Part shown: piece by piece, positions 1 to 14,269 of the stretch | Numbering within the stretch: position 1 is the first letter of the stretch | Layout of the letters: every line of letters begins with the position of its first letter | Assembly: GCF_018350175.1 (NCBI RefSeq) | Contig: NC_058368.1 | Location: 134,790,001-134,854,000, forward strand | Length of the DNA: 64,000 nucleotides | Direction: 5' to 3' | Source of the DNA: Felis catus | Lineage: Eukaryota | Notes under the pieces: generated by a model | Databases searched by the model: none | What the model saw: the letters and a program-made list of their open reading frames with translations, nothing else | What the model was told of the DNA's origin: nothing | Program-made: the position numbers and the translations under genes

Positions 1-189
1 TTGTGCACATCATACCCATTTTCCTTTGGGAAACTGTACATCTTCTGACATTTTGAGCTCCTCAGTAGTGGCACCACCTGGCAGCCAACAGTTTGGCTGC
101 TACTGATTGAACAGTGGTGTTTCTGTGCCCATTTGAGCATTTCAGTGCAGTGGTTTTCCGTTTGTGTTCCCAGCTGCCCTAGGCCTAGA

Positions 190-340
190 GCAAAGGCTCT
201 CAACCCCTAGTGTGCACAGAAGACTTGGAAGGCTTATTTAAACAGATTGGTAGGCTCCACCCCCCCCCCCCCCCCCCGCCAGCATTTGTGATGCAGTAAG
301 GACAGAGAATTTGCATTTCCAACCCATCCCCAGGAGATAA
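190..340 (+). mobile_element. MER5A-like DNA transposon remnant (hAT-Charlie)
   Basis: Motifs ctctcaa...gtgca..agaa...tggaaggcttatttaaacagattg..aggctccacccc...agaatttgcatttc match the recalled MER5A consensus. Contains an expanded poly-C run. Confidence 0.65.
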
Positions 341-1619
341 TAACCTGCCTTGTCCAAAGGCCTAGAGGTTCCCTTGACCTCACCACAAGGCTTCTTGTAA
401 CAGTTACATTTCTGGAGTCCAGGTAAGATTTTATTTAGGAAAAAGGTTAAGTTTGATTACTACTGTTTTGTTGCTTTTTGTTATTTCATAGACATCAATG
501 GAAAATGAAAATAAAAAAACTAATGTTAGTGCTATGGGGGGCAGGTATCAATACAGAGGAAACAAAGACTGAAATTGTTCAGCTTATCGAAGAAAAGCAT
601 AAGTTTCCTCCCATGGGACTTAATGCTGTGTGTTCCATAGGATGGAAAAAATGAAAGAATATACAACATAAATTGCTAAAGACCACCTAAAAACGAGGAA
701 GCTCAATTTAAGGATTTCATGCTTTTTTAGGTTTGAGGGAATAGAACCCCATCGTAACAGTATGTAAGTCCCTTTCCAGGAACTCATCGTGTACAAAAGG
801 AGAGGGTAGCTGGTAAGGTTTCTTCAGACCCAAGCCTAAAGGAAATAGTGCAAATATCACAGCACTTAAAGCTCAGTTTATTGGACTGGGTCAAGGTAAT
901 TCTACTCCAGGCTGAGACACCTCATTTCGTTTACCAAGCTCAGGCAAACAATAGATGAAGCCCATCATTTCATAGAGTAGGTGGAAAGGATATCGCTTGG
1001 TAAAGTTTCAGTAAAGTGGATTCTTAAACATGTAGGTAGTTCTCTACTTCTCTATCTCCACTTTAAGAGACATGTTGGAACAATAGGTCAGTACCTGAAG
1101 TCTAAAATAGAAGAAACTCTTTCCATTAGAGTGTGAGTCACCTTTCAAAATGATTTTATTTTCTGAGGATACTCAATCAATTTCAGGATGTCCTCTACTT
1201 CCAACACCCAAGGACTAAACCACCAAATTCAAAGTTTGACACAAGTCTTAAGTGATGGTAAAAAAGAAAAGAAAAAAAGAAAGAAAAGGAAAAAAAAGGA
1301 AAATCCTTGCAAGGGAATTGGCAAAGAGCTGTAAAAGGGCTTTAGGGCAAGCAGGCTGGGCGCGTGCAGATCTCAAAACTGCTGAAAAGAGGGATCTGCG
1401 AATAGATGTTTAAAAAGCGGACTCCTCCACGGTTTAATAGTAAAGAGCAGAACACAAGTTGCTGGCATTCCATCTCACCCGTCCTGGGAAGGTCTGAACC
1501 AACATCAGATTTTTCTTCAGCAACTAAGTAATGATTCTTAGTGGAAGAATCTGCATTTGAAAACTAACATTTAAGAGACAGTATAATTTCATCTGAGCCT
1601 CCACTCCCTACCCGAGGGG

Positions 1620-3260
1620 CCGTGGTCCGCCAGAGCGACCTACATTTGCTCCGTCATGTCAAGGCTGGAAGGGATCAGTTAGCGTGCGCCCTCTTCATAA
1701 AACTCTCTTCCCCAGTCGCGGGCCCGCCTGGCTCCCAGCGGCGGCGGTGCCAGGCTGCTGGAGCTCGTGGCAGCTTGCGGGCGCTAGCCTCTCCGGCTCA
1801 CCCCTTCACCCTTCCTTCACCCCGGGACGCCACGCGGATAGCGTGGTTTTTCCGCCCACTCCCGAGGCTGTGCTGGCGAGGCCGGGAATTGCAGGGCCTC
1901 CCCGCCTTGGCGAGCCCAGGAATCCGAATCCTCCCCGCCCTTGGCACTCCGCTGGGGCGCTGGGGGCTCGGAGGATAGGGGTCGGCTCCAGACCCTCCGA
2001 TTAGAGACGCAGCCTGTTACGTCTGAAATCATCCCCCACCTCTCCCGGCCCCACCGCCTCTGGTCCCGGAGACACCGGCAGCTGGCTGTGCCGCGGCCTG
2101 GCGCAGATCCAGAGAGCTCCGCCGCGGACCTAGCGCGGGGCCCGGCCGCCCGGGGCATCCCCGCTGCCGGGGGCGGAAGGCCGGCCCGGCGGCAGGAAGG
2201 GTCCGCAGAGCCGAAGCTCCGCCCCTCCGGCCGCCCAGCTCCAGGGCCGGCACGGTGAGTGGCGGCGGCCGAGGGCGCGGCGCCAGCGGAGAGGGGCGGA
2301 GACGTGCGCGCTGGTTGGCGCGGGCTCGGGGGCGGGGCGCGCTGGGCCGGGCCGGAGGCGGGGCCGGCGCCGGGCGCTGGAGCTGCTGGCTGACGGAGAG
2401 GAGTCGCGAGCAGCTGGAGCGGAGTTGGAGGAAGCGGAGTCCGCGACGAGGGCTGCGGGCTAGCGGGTTGGAGGCGCCGCGCTCGAATCGGGAACGGCGG
2501 GCGGGTCGAGGCCGGGTCGGAGGCGCGTCGGAGGCCGCCGCTGCAGCCTGGGCCCCGCAGAGGAAGGAAGCCGGCCGGCAGGGGAGGTAGGCGGCGGCAG
2601 CGGGTCCGGGTGTGTGTGCCCGGGAGGGGGAGGCAGTGCGTGCGCGCGCGGCTGCCGCCGTTCTCTTCCTGTCACCAGCAGTCGCTTCTCCTGCAGAGCA
2701 GAGCCGGGGGAGAGCGGGCTGGCCGCCGGCATCTCCGGCTCATGGCCAGCGTTTTGCGTGCTCCCGGCCGCCACAGAGCTCCCGTTTCCCCGGTCCTCTT
2801 CCGAGCTGGCTCTAGCTGCACGCCGCCGGGCGCATTCGTCCCCCGAGTTGCAGGCGATCTCGGGCTGGTCTCCACCCCTCCGTTACCGCACACTTCTGAG
2901 GGTCCTTGCTGTCGCCTTGCAGTTTTCCGGGGTCCTTCACAGAGCGCCCAAACCGTTGCCTTTGAGTTAGCGGGAAGGAACGAAGCCTTCCCCCGCGTCC
3001 TTCGGCTGCAGCCAGGGTAGCTGCTCGGGCCCTTCCCCCGAGCGGGTGGGGCGGCGGTGGTCCCCGGAGCTCGCCCCGAGCCCCCGCCCTCCGAAGTTTG
3101 TCTTCCTCCTCTTCCGGGGTGGGGGAAGTGCGCCTCGGGGCGGCTGGTCGCTGGGGCCCTAACGGCATTTAGTGCCGGCCGGGCCTGGACAGGTTGTTGG
3201 AGGCATATTTAACCGGGTCCTCCAATAGCCCGGAAATCCAGCTTTTTGTAGCGCGGAGCG
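1620..3260. promoter_or_regulatory. PIK3R1: CpG-island, TATA-less promoter of PIK3R1
   Basis: Abrupt rise in GC and CpG content against an AT-rich background. GC box GGGGCGGGGC at 2329-2338, further GGGCGG motifs, and G-runs with G-quadruplex potential at 2328-2363. No TATA box seen. Confidence 0.9.
2390..2586 (+). other. PIK3R1: Probable non-coding exon 1 (5'UTR) of PIK3R1
   Basis: Lies inside the CpG island downstream of the GC boxes and ends at donor GAG|GTAGGC (2586/2587). No ATG seen. This gives an intron 1 of ~10 kb, similar to the human gene as recalled. The 5' end is an estimate. Confidence 0.65.
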
Positions 3261-6200
3261 AGAGTGGAGGGACCTGCCCAGCAATATGGAGCCGGCTAGG
3301 GAGAGCAAGAGAGTGTGGCAAGCCCGAGCTAAAATATCGTGGGGGAATTATCTGGCAACCGCTGCTCTAACACTCACTTCCCAAGAGCAGAAACTGCCCC
3401 GCAGATCGCAAGACAAAGAGAACTGGAAAGCTCAGGCCAGGCACTCCAGTACCGATACATACTTTGGTAACCTGATTTGGAGCATGAACTAGAAGGGTGT
3501 GAGTGGAATGGCTGTTACATGTTGAATGCAGAATGTGTGTGAACTGGATTTGGGGAAATTGTTAGGCTTCCCTGAGTGCTGTTAACATGGAAAAGGTCTC
3601 CCTTCCACCGTTAATCCCTGGTGGAGCTGCAGCACTGTTGGTATCTGAGTATAAGTTTACTCTTTATTTGGGGGGGGGGGGGAGGGAGGGTTGACTTTGG
3701 AAGCGGTACGGGGTTGGTTTTTTTCTTTTTTTCTTTTCCTGTTCTGTTCTTTTTCTCTTTGTCATTCAGTGCGAAGTACGACTGGATAAAACAGTTCCGG
3801 GTTTTGAGTGCAGCCTAAGATTGTCATTTCAGCGTAAGGAGGTTCAAGTTTTAGTTGTTAGGCGGGACTTTCAGCAAGCTTATTGACCTAGGCATTTATG
3901 TGGAATTGCATTTTAATGTTTCATTAGCTTGGGTTGCGTTTTCCACTTTAAAAATGGGTAGGTAAGCTAGAAAAGATCGGAGTAGACATGTTTATTTCTG
4001 AGGTATGCTCTCAGAATAAAGGATCTTCATGGTGCAAATAATTGGGGATTTGGGGAATTCTGCACAGAAGGCCGCAAATATTAATCTTAAAAAAGAAAAA
4101 TAAAAGCACCCCCCCCTCACAGTTCCTTAATACAGTTCACCTTTCTTGAAATTAACAGTTAAAACTCAGAGGATAGCTTCTTAGAAACAAAAGTTGCTTA
4201 AACTTTGGGAAGCAAGTGTTTTTTGGTTGTTACAAAGAAAATACCTTAAGAGTAATTCTTTTTTGGGGGGGGGTCCCTGTAAAGTTCTAGAAGGTGTGTT
4301 TGGTTCAGAATCAAGGTTTAAACTGGAAAGGTCAGTGGAGGAGACCTACCTGCCTTACAGAATTGTTGGGTTATGTCACTGCTGGCCTCTTCAGCTTTTA
4401 TATGCTAGTTGTAGGCAGGTAGTAGATAGTCATACTTTTCCATAACAATGTACGGGTTTTTATGATTGGAAGGAAGTTCTGTGTATCTCAAACTGGCTCT
4501 CAAAGTGCTATGTGCATTTGCGTTCTAACTTCCATCTTGTTTTGGGACCTGTTCTTGTCAGTTGCATAACAGAACTCTGGTGCACACTGGCTATCTGCTG
4601 TTTTATCTGCTTTTGTAAAATGATGTTATCACTGTGTCTTTTCTCACGTATGATGCCGATAGTGTGAAAAAGCACTTCCCTTCCCATTGGTTAATTATTT
4701 TGTCTTTTCTTAGCTATTTTTTGTTTAATTTATCAAGATCAGGAAATCCCCACAGCATAAAGTTGGTTTGGAGGAATGAAGTGGTACAATAAGTTACAGT
4801 TACCACATATTTTGGTTGTTGGTAGTGATTCTGGTAGTATGCGTTTATCTTCTGGAAATGCCAATTGTATCTAAGCTGATTTCTGAAGGGTTTTGTATCT
4901 TCAATGCAAAGATACACCACCTACCTACCCAAATCTTGTGTTGTTAAACGTGTGACCATACCTTTAATTAAATTCTTCTGTGAATGCCGTGTGATTTTTA
5001 AAGTAGTGTGTTGGTCAAAATCTCCTTTTTTTCTTAAATAGTTCAGGGATCAGGTTCTAAAAAGGCATCCACTCTGAAAGATTGTCCATATGCTCATTAA
5101 AACAGGAAGAATTTCCGTTCACCTTTTATTGTGTTTGCATTTTGTGATTTTCAAAATGCATTTTATTGCATAAAGCGGTGGTGAAGGAGCAGATTCAAAG
5201 AAAGTGATTTAATGGTTAGGTTAGATCATAGAAAGCTGAGATAATGGTTGCATTTAGAGTTTTGCTTTTAATTCTCTCACCTGTGGGGCATACACCATGC
5301 AGAAGAAGATGAGAAGTGTTTTTTTCTGTACGTTATACATTTTAAATAGGCTCCCCACAGATCTCCCTGTTTTGGAGGACACAGGGATTTGCCAGAGAAG
5401 GCAAGAGAATGGAGCCTCTTAGTAAAGCTGTTAGAAAATGAAGTTGCTTATCAGTGGAGGGAGTAGCTTATCAATTTAGCTTTTTGCCTTAGAAGGCACA
5501 ATATAAATTGTGTAACAACTATTAATAAAAGACTTAGGTTGTAAGTAATTTTTAAAATACCGGTATTATTTATTGCTTTTTTTCTCTGTCTCTTCCACCT
5601 ATATCCTAATGTGATTTCTTGTTATGCTTCTGCCAACGCTCTTATTGGAATTACTTGCCTAAAAGAATGGCAATTAAAGGCCATTTCATGTACATTATGC
5701 CAAATGAGCTGAAAAATAGACTACATAATTACTCATAAACTTGTCTGTTTGGCTTATGTTAGGTTTTTTTTGTTTTTTTGTTTTTTTGTTTTTTTTGAAA
5801 GGGTACAATGAGCTTAGCATAGCTTTTGGTGAAGAAAAAAATCCTGCTATAAAAACATCTTTGGAGATTTTATCTTCCCAGCATTGTCCTCCTTAAAGTA
5901 AATAAAATACATACCCACAGGCACCTGTAGTGAAAATAGTTTTCAGGTTAAGGATCACCCCAGAAAGTACTGAAATCACAGGAGTTTGGGCAAAGTGTGA
6001 GAAGACTCCAGCACTGTGCAGAGTGAGTTAATAAAGCGAGGCCCCTGGACAGGCATGCCGTGCCCCTCCCCTCCCTGGCTGGACCCCGGTGGTCCAGACC
6101 CTGGGAGGAGCGAGGGCTGCAACCTAAGGACGAAGCTCCCTTTGATCCCTGGAGGACTGTGTTAGTGCCTGTCATCTTTTCTCTTTGAGGGCAGCTAGAT

Positions 6201-6406
6201 CACCATATCCTGTTGGAGAAGTCTTGGCCCCTCCCTGGTCTCTCCAGAACCACCCTCTCCCTCAGGCGGGGAGGGAGGGAACTAGGTGGGCAAAGTCCAC
6301 CTGCTGCCTTTATGTGTCTGTCTGAAAAGAAGTTAAGGAGACAGCAGACTTTTATTTTGGCTAACTTCAGGATGCATTTACAAGGGTTTGCAAGCATTTA
6401 GAGGCA

Positions 6407-6410
6407 ACAC

Positions 6411-6447
<37 letters not shown>
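6407..6447. repeat. (CA)n microsatellite
   Basis: About 20 AC units with one interruption. Confidence 0.95.
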
Positions 6448-6449
<2 letters not shown>

Positions 6450-6556
6450 TTCCTAGCAAATTTTCCTGTTTGAGGTAGGAAGTGTATAATTGGAAGTAAG
6501 GGATGTTGAATACTAGGAGCCATAATAATAATGATATCAGTGATAACATAGCCACA

Positions 6557-6730
6557 GTACTAGCTATGTAACGTCAGGCAGATTATCTAAGTTTTCTGTG
6601 CTTGTTTTCTCATCAGTAAAATGGGGATACAAATTGTATCTAGGAAGTTGTAAGGGTTAAATGAGTTGGTATATACGAAACTCTTAAGAGCTGTGCCTGA
6701 TCCATAGTAAACACTACGTTGGTGTTAATT
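6557..6730 (+). mobile_element. MIR SINE remnant
   Basis: MIR core ttctcatcagtaaaatggggata...ttaaatgagtt...tgtgcctgatccatagtaa. Confidence 0.75.
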
Positions 6731-6744
6731 GTATTAAGCTCTAA

Positions 6745-6940
6745 TTATCCAGCACAGAGCTTAGCACTTTATAGATGTAATTTCATTTAATCATCCTAGT
6801 AACCCTGTAAGGTGCAGGTTTGCTTATTGTATCTGCCTCATAGATGATAAAATTGTGCCACGGAGAGATCTGAGTAACTTGCCCAAGGTTAAAAATCCAG
6901 ACAGTGATGGGGACAGCTGCCCGCGTCTGAAGCTCAGTGC
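6745..6940 (-). mobile_element. MIR SINE remnant
   Basis: Reverse MIR core tcatttaatcatc...tagatgataaaattg...gagtaacttgcccaaggt. Confidence 0.7.
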
Positions 6941-9114
6941 TTATACTAATCTTCTTGCTAAGACTTTTGCAAAATAGCGCTGCATTTTCACAAGAGGAGC
7001 CAGTTCAGATCATCTTCCTTAGTCCTCTTCGTTCCATGGCCTTTTCCTCAGTACCTGTTCACCGTGATGAGGCAGAGAGCCAGAATAGCCACCCCCCTGG
7101 CCTTTCCCGGGTGATGGCATATGTTTCTGAGGCCCCTCAGAAGCTGCTGGAGGAGCATTGGCATCTTTCTGCCAGCCTCCTGGTGATGACTCCAGCTGGA
7201 CCTGGGTCTCTGTTCTCTGCCCCTCCTCAGGTGCTCCGGCTCTGTGTCATCACTTGGTTTTCTGCAGAGTCCTGCCTCCTGGTTATTTCACCTAGTACCC
7301 CTGTGCTGTCCTGTACCCCTCCTAGCCTCACTGCTCCTTGGGTGCCAAACGGGCTTGCAGGCAGGAGTCTTCATCTAATCACCTTGCTTGCCCACAATAG
7401 GGACTCAGCCCTGAGGGTTGCAACCATCAGCACGTTCTGGTTGGTTTGAAAATGAATGGGGCTGTTTGATGACTATTGATTTAGGTTCAATTTAACTTTG
7501 CTCTGACTTTGATTTTTATGATTTCCAGAACACTATACTTGAAAGGTGGAAAGCTTTTTAAATAATTTCTTAATTTAGGTTGGGAGCTTGCCCTAGACTC
7601 AGACCTAGCACCGGGAGGACAGAGAAATGGAATGTAGGGAAGTGGGGGTCGGGGTCCATGAACGCTCCATGGCCTTTGCATCTGAGTCGAACATCCAATG
7701 TGTGCGGGACCCAGTGCCAAACTGCTAATTTAACCACAGGATAGAATTGTATGATTAGAGTATATTCTTGATTTATTTGAAGTGATTTTAAAATATCTTA
7801 TATTCCTTCCTCCCATTAAGTTTGCTAAATCCTTGTCCTTTGTAAAAGGGGAGTAAGTCAACACAAAGAGCACTTTGCAAAGAATTTTGTTTGGTTCTCT
7901 GCCAGAGTGCCTGCAGGTTAGAGTGTTAAATTGAAAATTTACATTGAGGCATTTGAACATTAAGAAGTCATGGATTGCTGATTGTCAGACATCAGACACA
8001 ACTTTATTTTGAGGCACAGAGTAAGAATAGATCAGTATCTTAGCAAAGAGAGAAAATACACTTCTGATAAATGGTGTGACAGGCAATCTTTGAAAAGATC
8101 GAAAGACTGGAGCACAATAATTACTGTTAAAGAAATTTTGAACTATTACATGTGATGTTTTATGAGTAAGCTTGTTATTTGTTGATGGGATTTCTTTATA
8201 CCTTTTACAGTAATTTACATGTGCAGTAGCTTAGAGCCCAGATTAGAAAACTGCATTACTTATTTGAAAACATTAATTTATGGATGGTAGATATTTTTCA
8301 CATATAAAACCTTTACTATGTTAACAATTATGTTGGAGCTAGGTGGAAATAGTTCATTGGACAGGTGAACATAGCCAAGGAGATTAGAGCCATAATCTTG
8401 TGAATCTTGGCAACATGTATCCGGTCAATCTGGGTAGTTTGGGCTCCATATTGATCTTAGGAGGGTTATGTTACACAGGCAATGCCGGTGCCTCAGGCTG
8501 CTGAGTTTTCTGCAGTCCTGGGGAGAATTTGAATGTAAGGGAAAAACGAAAAACAAAAAACTTGCCAGTTGTCAAGATATGATAGCTCTTGTGACTATGG
8601 TTTAATGTTTCCCATATCCCCCCTCAGGAGGAGCTGAGTTGTTAGAAATTGTGTAGTCAGGGGCCTGGGACAGCGGTAGGGGACATAGATGCCAAGAGGG
8701 GTACAGGTGGCAGTAGTTGAAGCTCTTAGAGCAGAAGTGGGCAGGATTCCAGAAGCGGGCAGCCTTCCAGAAGTGATGTGCCCAGTATTCTTTTATTCAT
8801 AGTTTATAGACTTCTTTGGCAAGGATGCATTTTACTGAAGTCTCTTTGGAAGAAAATTTGCATTGTCTAAGATACTGGGTCCTGAACTTGATGGGACTGC
8901 TGCCAGGTTGTAGTGGCTTTTTTTGGCAGGTGTGTTTGTGAAAGAGCCACAGACACTATCAGTAGGGCCACTGTCACAGAGAGTAAATAGAGAGCAGACA
9001 TTCAAGGTTAATCTGGGGGGCCAGAGTATGCAGGCAAGGAATCTGCATCATTGACCCCATGGACCCACCAGGGCTGTCTTTTGTCATCAAAGCAAGTTGA
9101 ATTTGGGCAGTAGG

Positions 9115-9335
9115 TTTTCGTGGTGTTAAAAGTGGTAGACCTGGAGCTAAAGTACTTGAAGGTGACTTGTGATTCCTCCCATCAGTTGATCAGTGTTACC
9201 ATGGCCAAGGTACTAAATTCTTTGTTATCTCAGTTTCCTCCTCTGCAAAATGAGAATATTGATAGTGCTGCCTCAGGGTTATGCTGAGTATTGACCCAAC
9301 ATGCTGGGGCGCGTATAGATCCCATTAAGCGTTAG
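9115..9335 (+). mobile_element. MIR SINE remnant
   Basis: ctcagtttcctcctctgcaaaatgagaatattgatagtgctgcctcagggtt. Confidence 0.6.
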
Positions 9336-11599
9336 ATGATTCTGATTGAATGAGTTAATACACACAGAGCTCCCAGTAAGTATTAGATAAGGAGGAAGAG
9401 GAAAAAGATTGGATAGATTAGCATACATACAGCTTCCAGTAGTGTTAGATGATGCCCATGATGACCAATATGACAGTGACCGTCATTGAAATGGGATGGC
9501 CATCGGGAGAAATTGTGTATTGTGCAGCAGGGAGAAGAGCCTGCCTCTTCTCCCTGGCCACGACAGGATAGGGACAGGACACTATCCAGTCCCCACCCAC
9601 ATGACTAGTCAGCTCTCCCTCTTCTCTTACAAGGTTGCTCTCCAACCACTTTGTTGGCACTGAATCTTGGCCAACCTTGAATTGTTTTGATTGATCTTCG
9701 TGGCCTTGGCATTGTTGAGTCCCAGAAGACAGGAATGGTGTGTTCTTATAATCTTAGCGTCATAGAAGATGTGGCTTTTTGTTGTTTTTGTTTTTTGTTT
9801 TGTTTTTTTTTAAATCCAATGAGAGCCCAGAATTCTGCGCAGGATTCTTCTAACAGGGAAAGTCACGTTCTCCTTACAAACATCGAGGGACGGGAATTTG
9901 TAGAGATATATGGGTCTCTGGCACCTGGGTGGGAATTGCTAACTCTCAGGTCTGGCCTTCTTGAGGTCATCAAGTTCCTCAGGGTTTTTTTCCTCTTTGC
10001 ACAGATTTAGCCTCAGGCCAACATAAGTATAATTTTCAGGTTTGCAAAACCTTGACCACACGTGGAGCCTTTTAGTGTGGCCTCCGCAGTTGAGGAACCT
10101 GCATATCTACAGAGGTGTGCTGTGATGGGGGGCCTGGTGGCTGCTGAGGGCTGTGTGGGGGAGAGAGTGATTAAGAGAGACAGGGCAGGAGGGAGAGAGA
10201 AAGGGAGGAAGAGAGGGAGCATAAAATACTCGCCATTCTGTGAAGAATCTCACCAAACTGGCCCACTGGGTTGTTGAAATAGAGGAAGCCATAGGCAGCA
10301 GCTGGTGGGAAGATCTCTCCAACCTACTAGTTGAAGATGTTTTTTTTTTTTTTTTTCTTTCCATAAAGACCTACATTGCCAGGAAAAGCTAACAAAAATT
10401 TCAAGGCAGATTTGGAGGAATTAAATTATTCTTAGGCATGTTGCCTGGTTTCCAGGCATTTAGGGATATGTAAATTTTCATGTTCTTTAGAGTTCTGTGT
10501 CTCATTTGTACAGAGTACATTAGTACTAAAAACGAAATTTGCTAGTTCTACATTCTTGTGTGAATTTCCGCAGTGAATATTTAATTTGATCCTGGATCTA
10601 TCAAAAGGAGAGGTTGTCTTCAAACATAATATAGTTTATTTTTCTCCTACACCCTGCTGGTTGCTTTAATTTTTTTTTAATCAGATGACTGAAACACAAA
10701 GTAGAATATCTATCTCAAATTAATATTCTTACTCTGCAAATGTTTCCAGTGTTTGTTTTTTGGTTCTTTTAATTTTAACTCTCCTAAGAATGTTATTGTA
10801 CTATGGCTAAGAGGCTCTATAACCGTGTAAAGTTGAATGCTTTATGCTTCTGAATGCCAACATTACTGTCTGCGATTAGATCTTACTTAAATTAAGATGC
10901 ATACGCCGATGAGTTCCTTTAATACTAAACATCTGAAGTGGCCCCACTCGTTAAAACGTATCAAGCTGTCTTTGATATAGAACACTGATATTCTGTGGCT
11001 GTCGCGGATGGCTTTGTGACTTGGCCAGCTTAACTGAAACCTTTAGGTTGCTTTTACTCTTTGTAATAAAGATAGCATTGAGAAACAACTAGGGTGCAAA
11101 GCGTGTACATGGACACCCTGTTCTATTGGCAGGCAGGCCCCTTGCTGACTTTCCCTCTCGAGAGTCTGGAATCCCTCTGCCTCCACTATGTTAAAAAAAA
11201 GAGAAAAGCTTGCAACTGCTTGTTTTCCCCGACACTGGGGCTGTCTTTCCAGGGTGATCTCCCACAACCATCTCTGCTTTCTCTTCAGTTCCTTAACTCC
11301 TCAAATTCTAGTTAGTATCCTCAATACCTCTAGACTGGGGTCTGCTTTCTCAAAAGCCAGTGATGATGCGGTGATGGGCAGAGCCCAGGTTACCTGGCCT
11401 TGCCTCACTTTCCTCCCTGCTGGAGGCCCCTGTGGGATTTGGTCTCAGGGATTCGCTTTTCCCACCAAAACCCTCTAATTTATTATTTCCCGCACATAGG
11501 GTTTGTGTCCAAAGCTTGACTTTGCTTTTTCAGGTGTGTTCAGCGAACCCCAGTGTTTGATCCTTGCATCATTTTTTAACATTTAATATTTTTCCTTGT

Positions 11600-12536
11600 G
11601 AGTTCCTCCATTCCACTGAGTTCAGGCTTGCCTTATTTGCAGCTGATCACCAGATCTGTAGCATGTTCCCTATCTTAGAGTCCCAGACCAGGTTTTCCCC
11701 TGCCTCCCACCGTCCTTGCATCTGTAAGCCTGTCAGTCCTCTTGGCTTCCCTTTGCCTGATACCCGTGGCTAAATTCTTTTAACGAACTCAGGTTCAGGC
11801 CTTTTGCTGCTGTCCTGACCCACATTTGAGCATCGCCGCATCCACTCAGGCTTCTTCGGCAGCGTCTGTTATTTCATTCTTCTCCTTTCCATACCTTCTG
11901 CTGCCACCTTGGTTCATGCCCTCAGGACCCTTTTGCCCAGACCACTGCAGAACACGGTTGACACCTTTCCTCACCTCTTCTATCCCTATGCCAATCTGTC
12001 CTAGTCGCTGTTACTAGATTGAGATTCTTTAAGTGCATCTCTGACCTTGCTGCTCCCCTCTCTCCACGCATTTTCAGTGGCGTCCTAAATTGGACCACAT
12101 GACTCACAAACTCAGTGCAGGCATGCATCATGTCATATAACCCCTACCTATCTTCCTAATCCAGATCCAGTGTTCCCTCTTTGGCTTCAGATGGATTGGA
12201 CTGCCTGTTCTAGCTCTTCCCAGAATATGATATTTGCTTAGTCACATCTGTACCTAAGATCATGCTACACATTCCATTCTGTCTTCAGATCCCTGCAGTT
12301 AGATGTGGTCCCTCCCTCATCGAACCCAATAGCACTTAGTCTCTGCCTGTCTTAGGGTACTGACCTAGTGTTATGGTTCCTTGTTTACCCTTCTTATCTC
12401 TGAGACGCTGCCACATGCCAGCACACCTCCCACCCCTGCCTGGTGTTCTTACTAATCTTTGTTGTATGTATCATGTTGAGCAATAGCACAACGGCCTGTG
12501 TATGTATGCCAAATTGATTAAATACTTGTTGAATGG
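11600..12536 (+). mobile_element. Degraded L2 LINE 3' region ending ~70 bp before the exon 2 acceptor
   Basis: C/T-rich L2-like text (gcccagaccactgca...attctttaagtgcatctctgaccttgctgctcccct) and an L2-type terminus taaatacttgttgaatg. Boundaries approximate. Confidence 0.55.
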
Positions 12537-12651
12537 AAGTAGAAATTCAAATTCACACAGATGGCAAAGTGTGATGTTCATTCATAAGCCTTGTTTTTCC
12601 TTTGCTAGGTGAAGCTCGCGTGTGGAGTGCAACAGTAAAATCAGACGCCAG

Positions 12652-12735
12652 ATGGACAGTGTGACAAGAGTGTCAGAAAGGATTGGGCCTCGCTGTGAGA
12701 GTCAGCCTGGAGGCCAAGTGTTGATGAGTTGCTGA
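12652..12735 (+). other. uORF1 (27 aa, MDSVTRVSERIGPRCESQPGGQVLMSC)
   Basis: ATG 12652 to TGA 12733-12735 in the exon 2 5'UTR, read directly. Translation not shown. Confidence 0.6.
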
Positions 12736-12802
12736 AAAGGAAGCCAGTGGGAGGACTGCGGGCCGCAGAGGAAGTGGCACTCTGTCTTCAGTCACACCAT
12801 TG

Positions 12803-13337
<535 letters not shown>

Positions 13338-14269
13338 TAATGAGCGATTGCTTCGTGGTGCACCCCCGCTCCCCCTCCCTTTTTTTTTTTTAAGGAAAAG
13401 CCTACGATTTGCGTCGGACCGTAGTGTGCTCTGAGCAGAAACTTACTTTGACAGCCTTACCTCAATTTATATATGGTACATAAAAACTGGGTCAACCATT
13501 ACAAGACTGGAAATTTGTGTTTGTGGGGTAGGGAGTTGTCAAAAGACGTAGACGGTGTATGAGAACTTGGTCAGTGCCTTGAAACCCTGCTTTTATAGTT
13601 GCCATTGAATTAAACATCTCTTGCATCCTTATTCTGTAATTGCTCGTAATACATATAAATAATCCTTTAAGGAAAGAAGAGGGTAAGTCTAACTAACGTC
13701 AGTAGATGTAACGTTAATTTGATTTGTGTGGAGAAATGTAGAAAGTAATAAAGTGACCCCAGAACTCAGCAGAGAAGAAACCATTGTTTTTATAACCTGG
13801 TATCTACCTCTGGGTTTCCTCTCCAGAAACACTGTGGCTGCAGCTGAAACCTAATCCTGTACTCAGTCTAGATGTAGAGGGAGTTCCCTTCCTTCATCGG
13901 CAATGTCATTTGTAGCATGAATGCCTCTACGGTGCTTAGCCCTCATGAGAAGAAAAAACTTACTGAATACTTTTCTTAAATGGAAACCACCTTGATTCAA
14001 AAACCACTCCTTGATACTGGAGATGGTCCACATTCTAGCTTTGTGCACAGCTGGTCGTTTAAGATTTTTCTTCTGTTCGTTTTCACACAGGGACCAGCCC
14101 TTTGCTCCGTTTTGCTGTTATCACCTTTGTTAAATACTCATTTCTTCATCGGTAAATTTCAAGCTTTTTGTTCTTTTTTTTTTCCCCCCTACATAATTTT
14201 TTTTTTTTTTTTTTTTTTTCCTCAGACTGAGAAAGGTTTGGCAAGGTATGTTTAAAACAGGTGGGCCCT

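Noticed and set aside
1622..3168. Many overlapping 70-136 aa ORFs on both strands in the CpG island
   Set aside because: Arg/Gly/Pro/Ala-rich frames are expected where GC-rich DNA lacks stop codons. No recognisable domain, and most lack an ATG start.
6937..7449. 170-aa intronic ORF
   Set aside because: Non-ATG start at a MIR edge, no recognisable homology, and no convincing exon structure.
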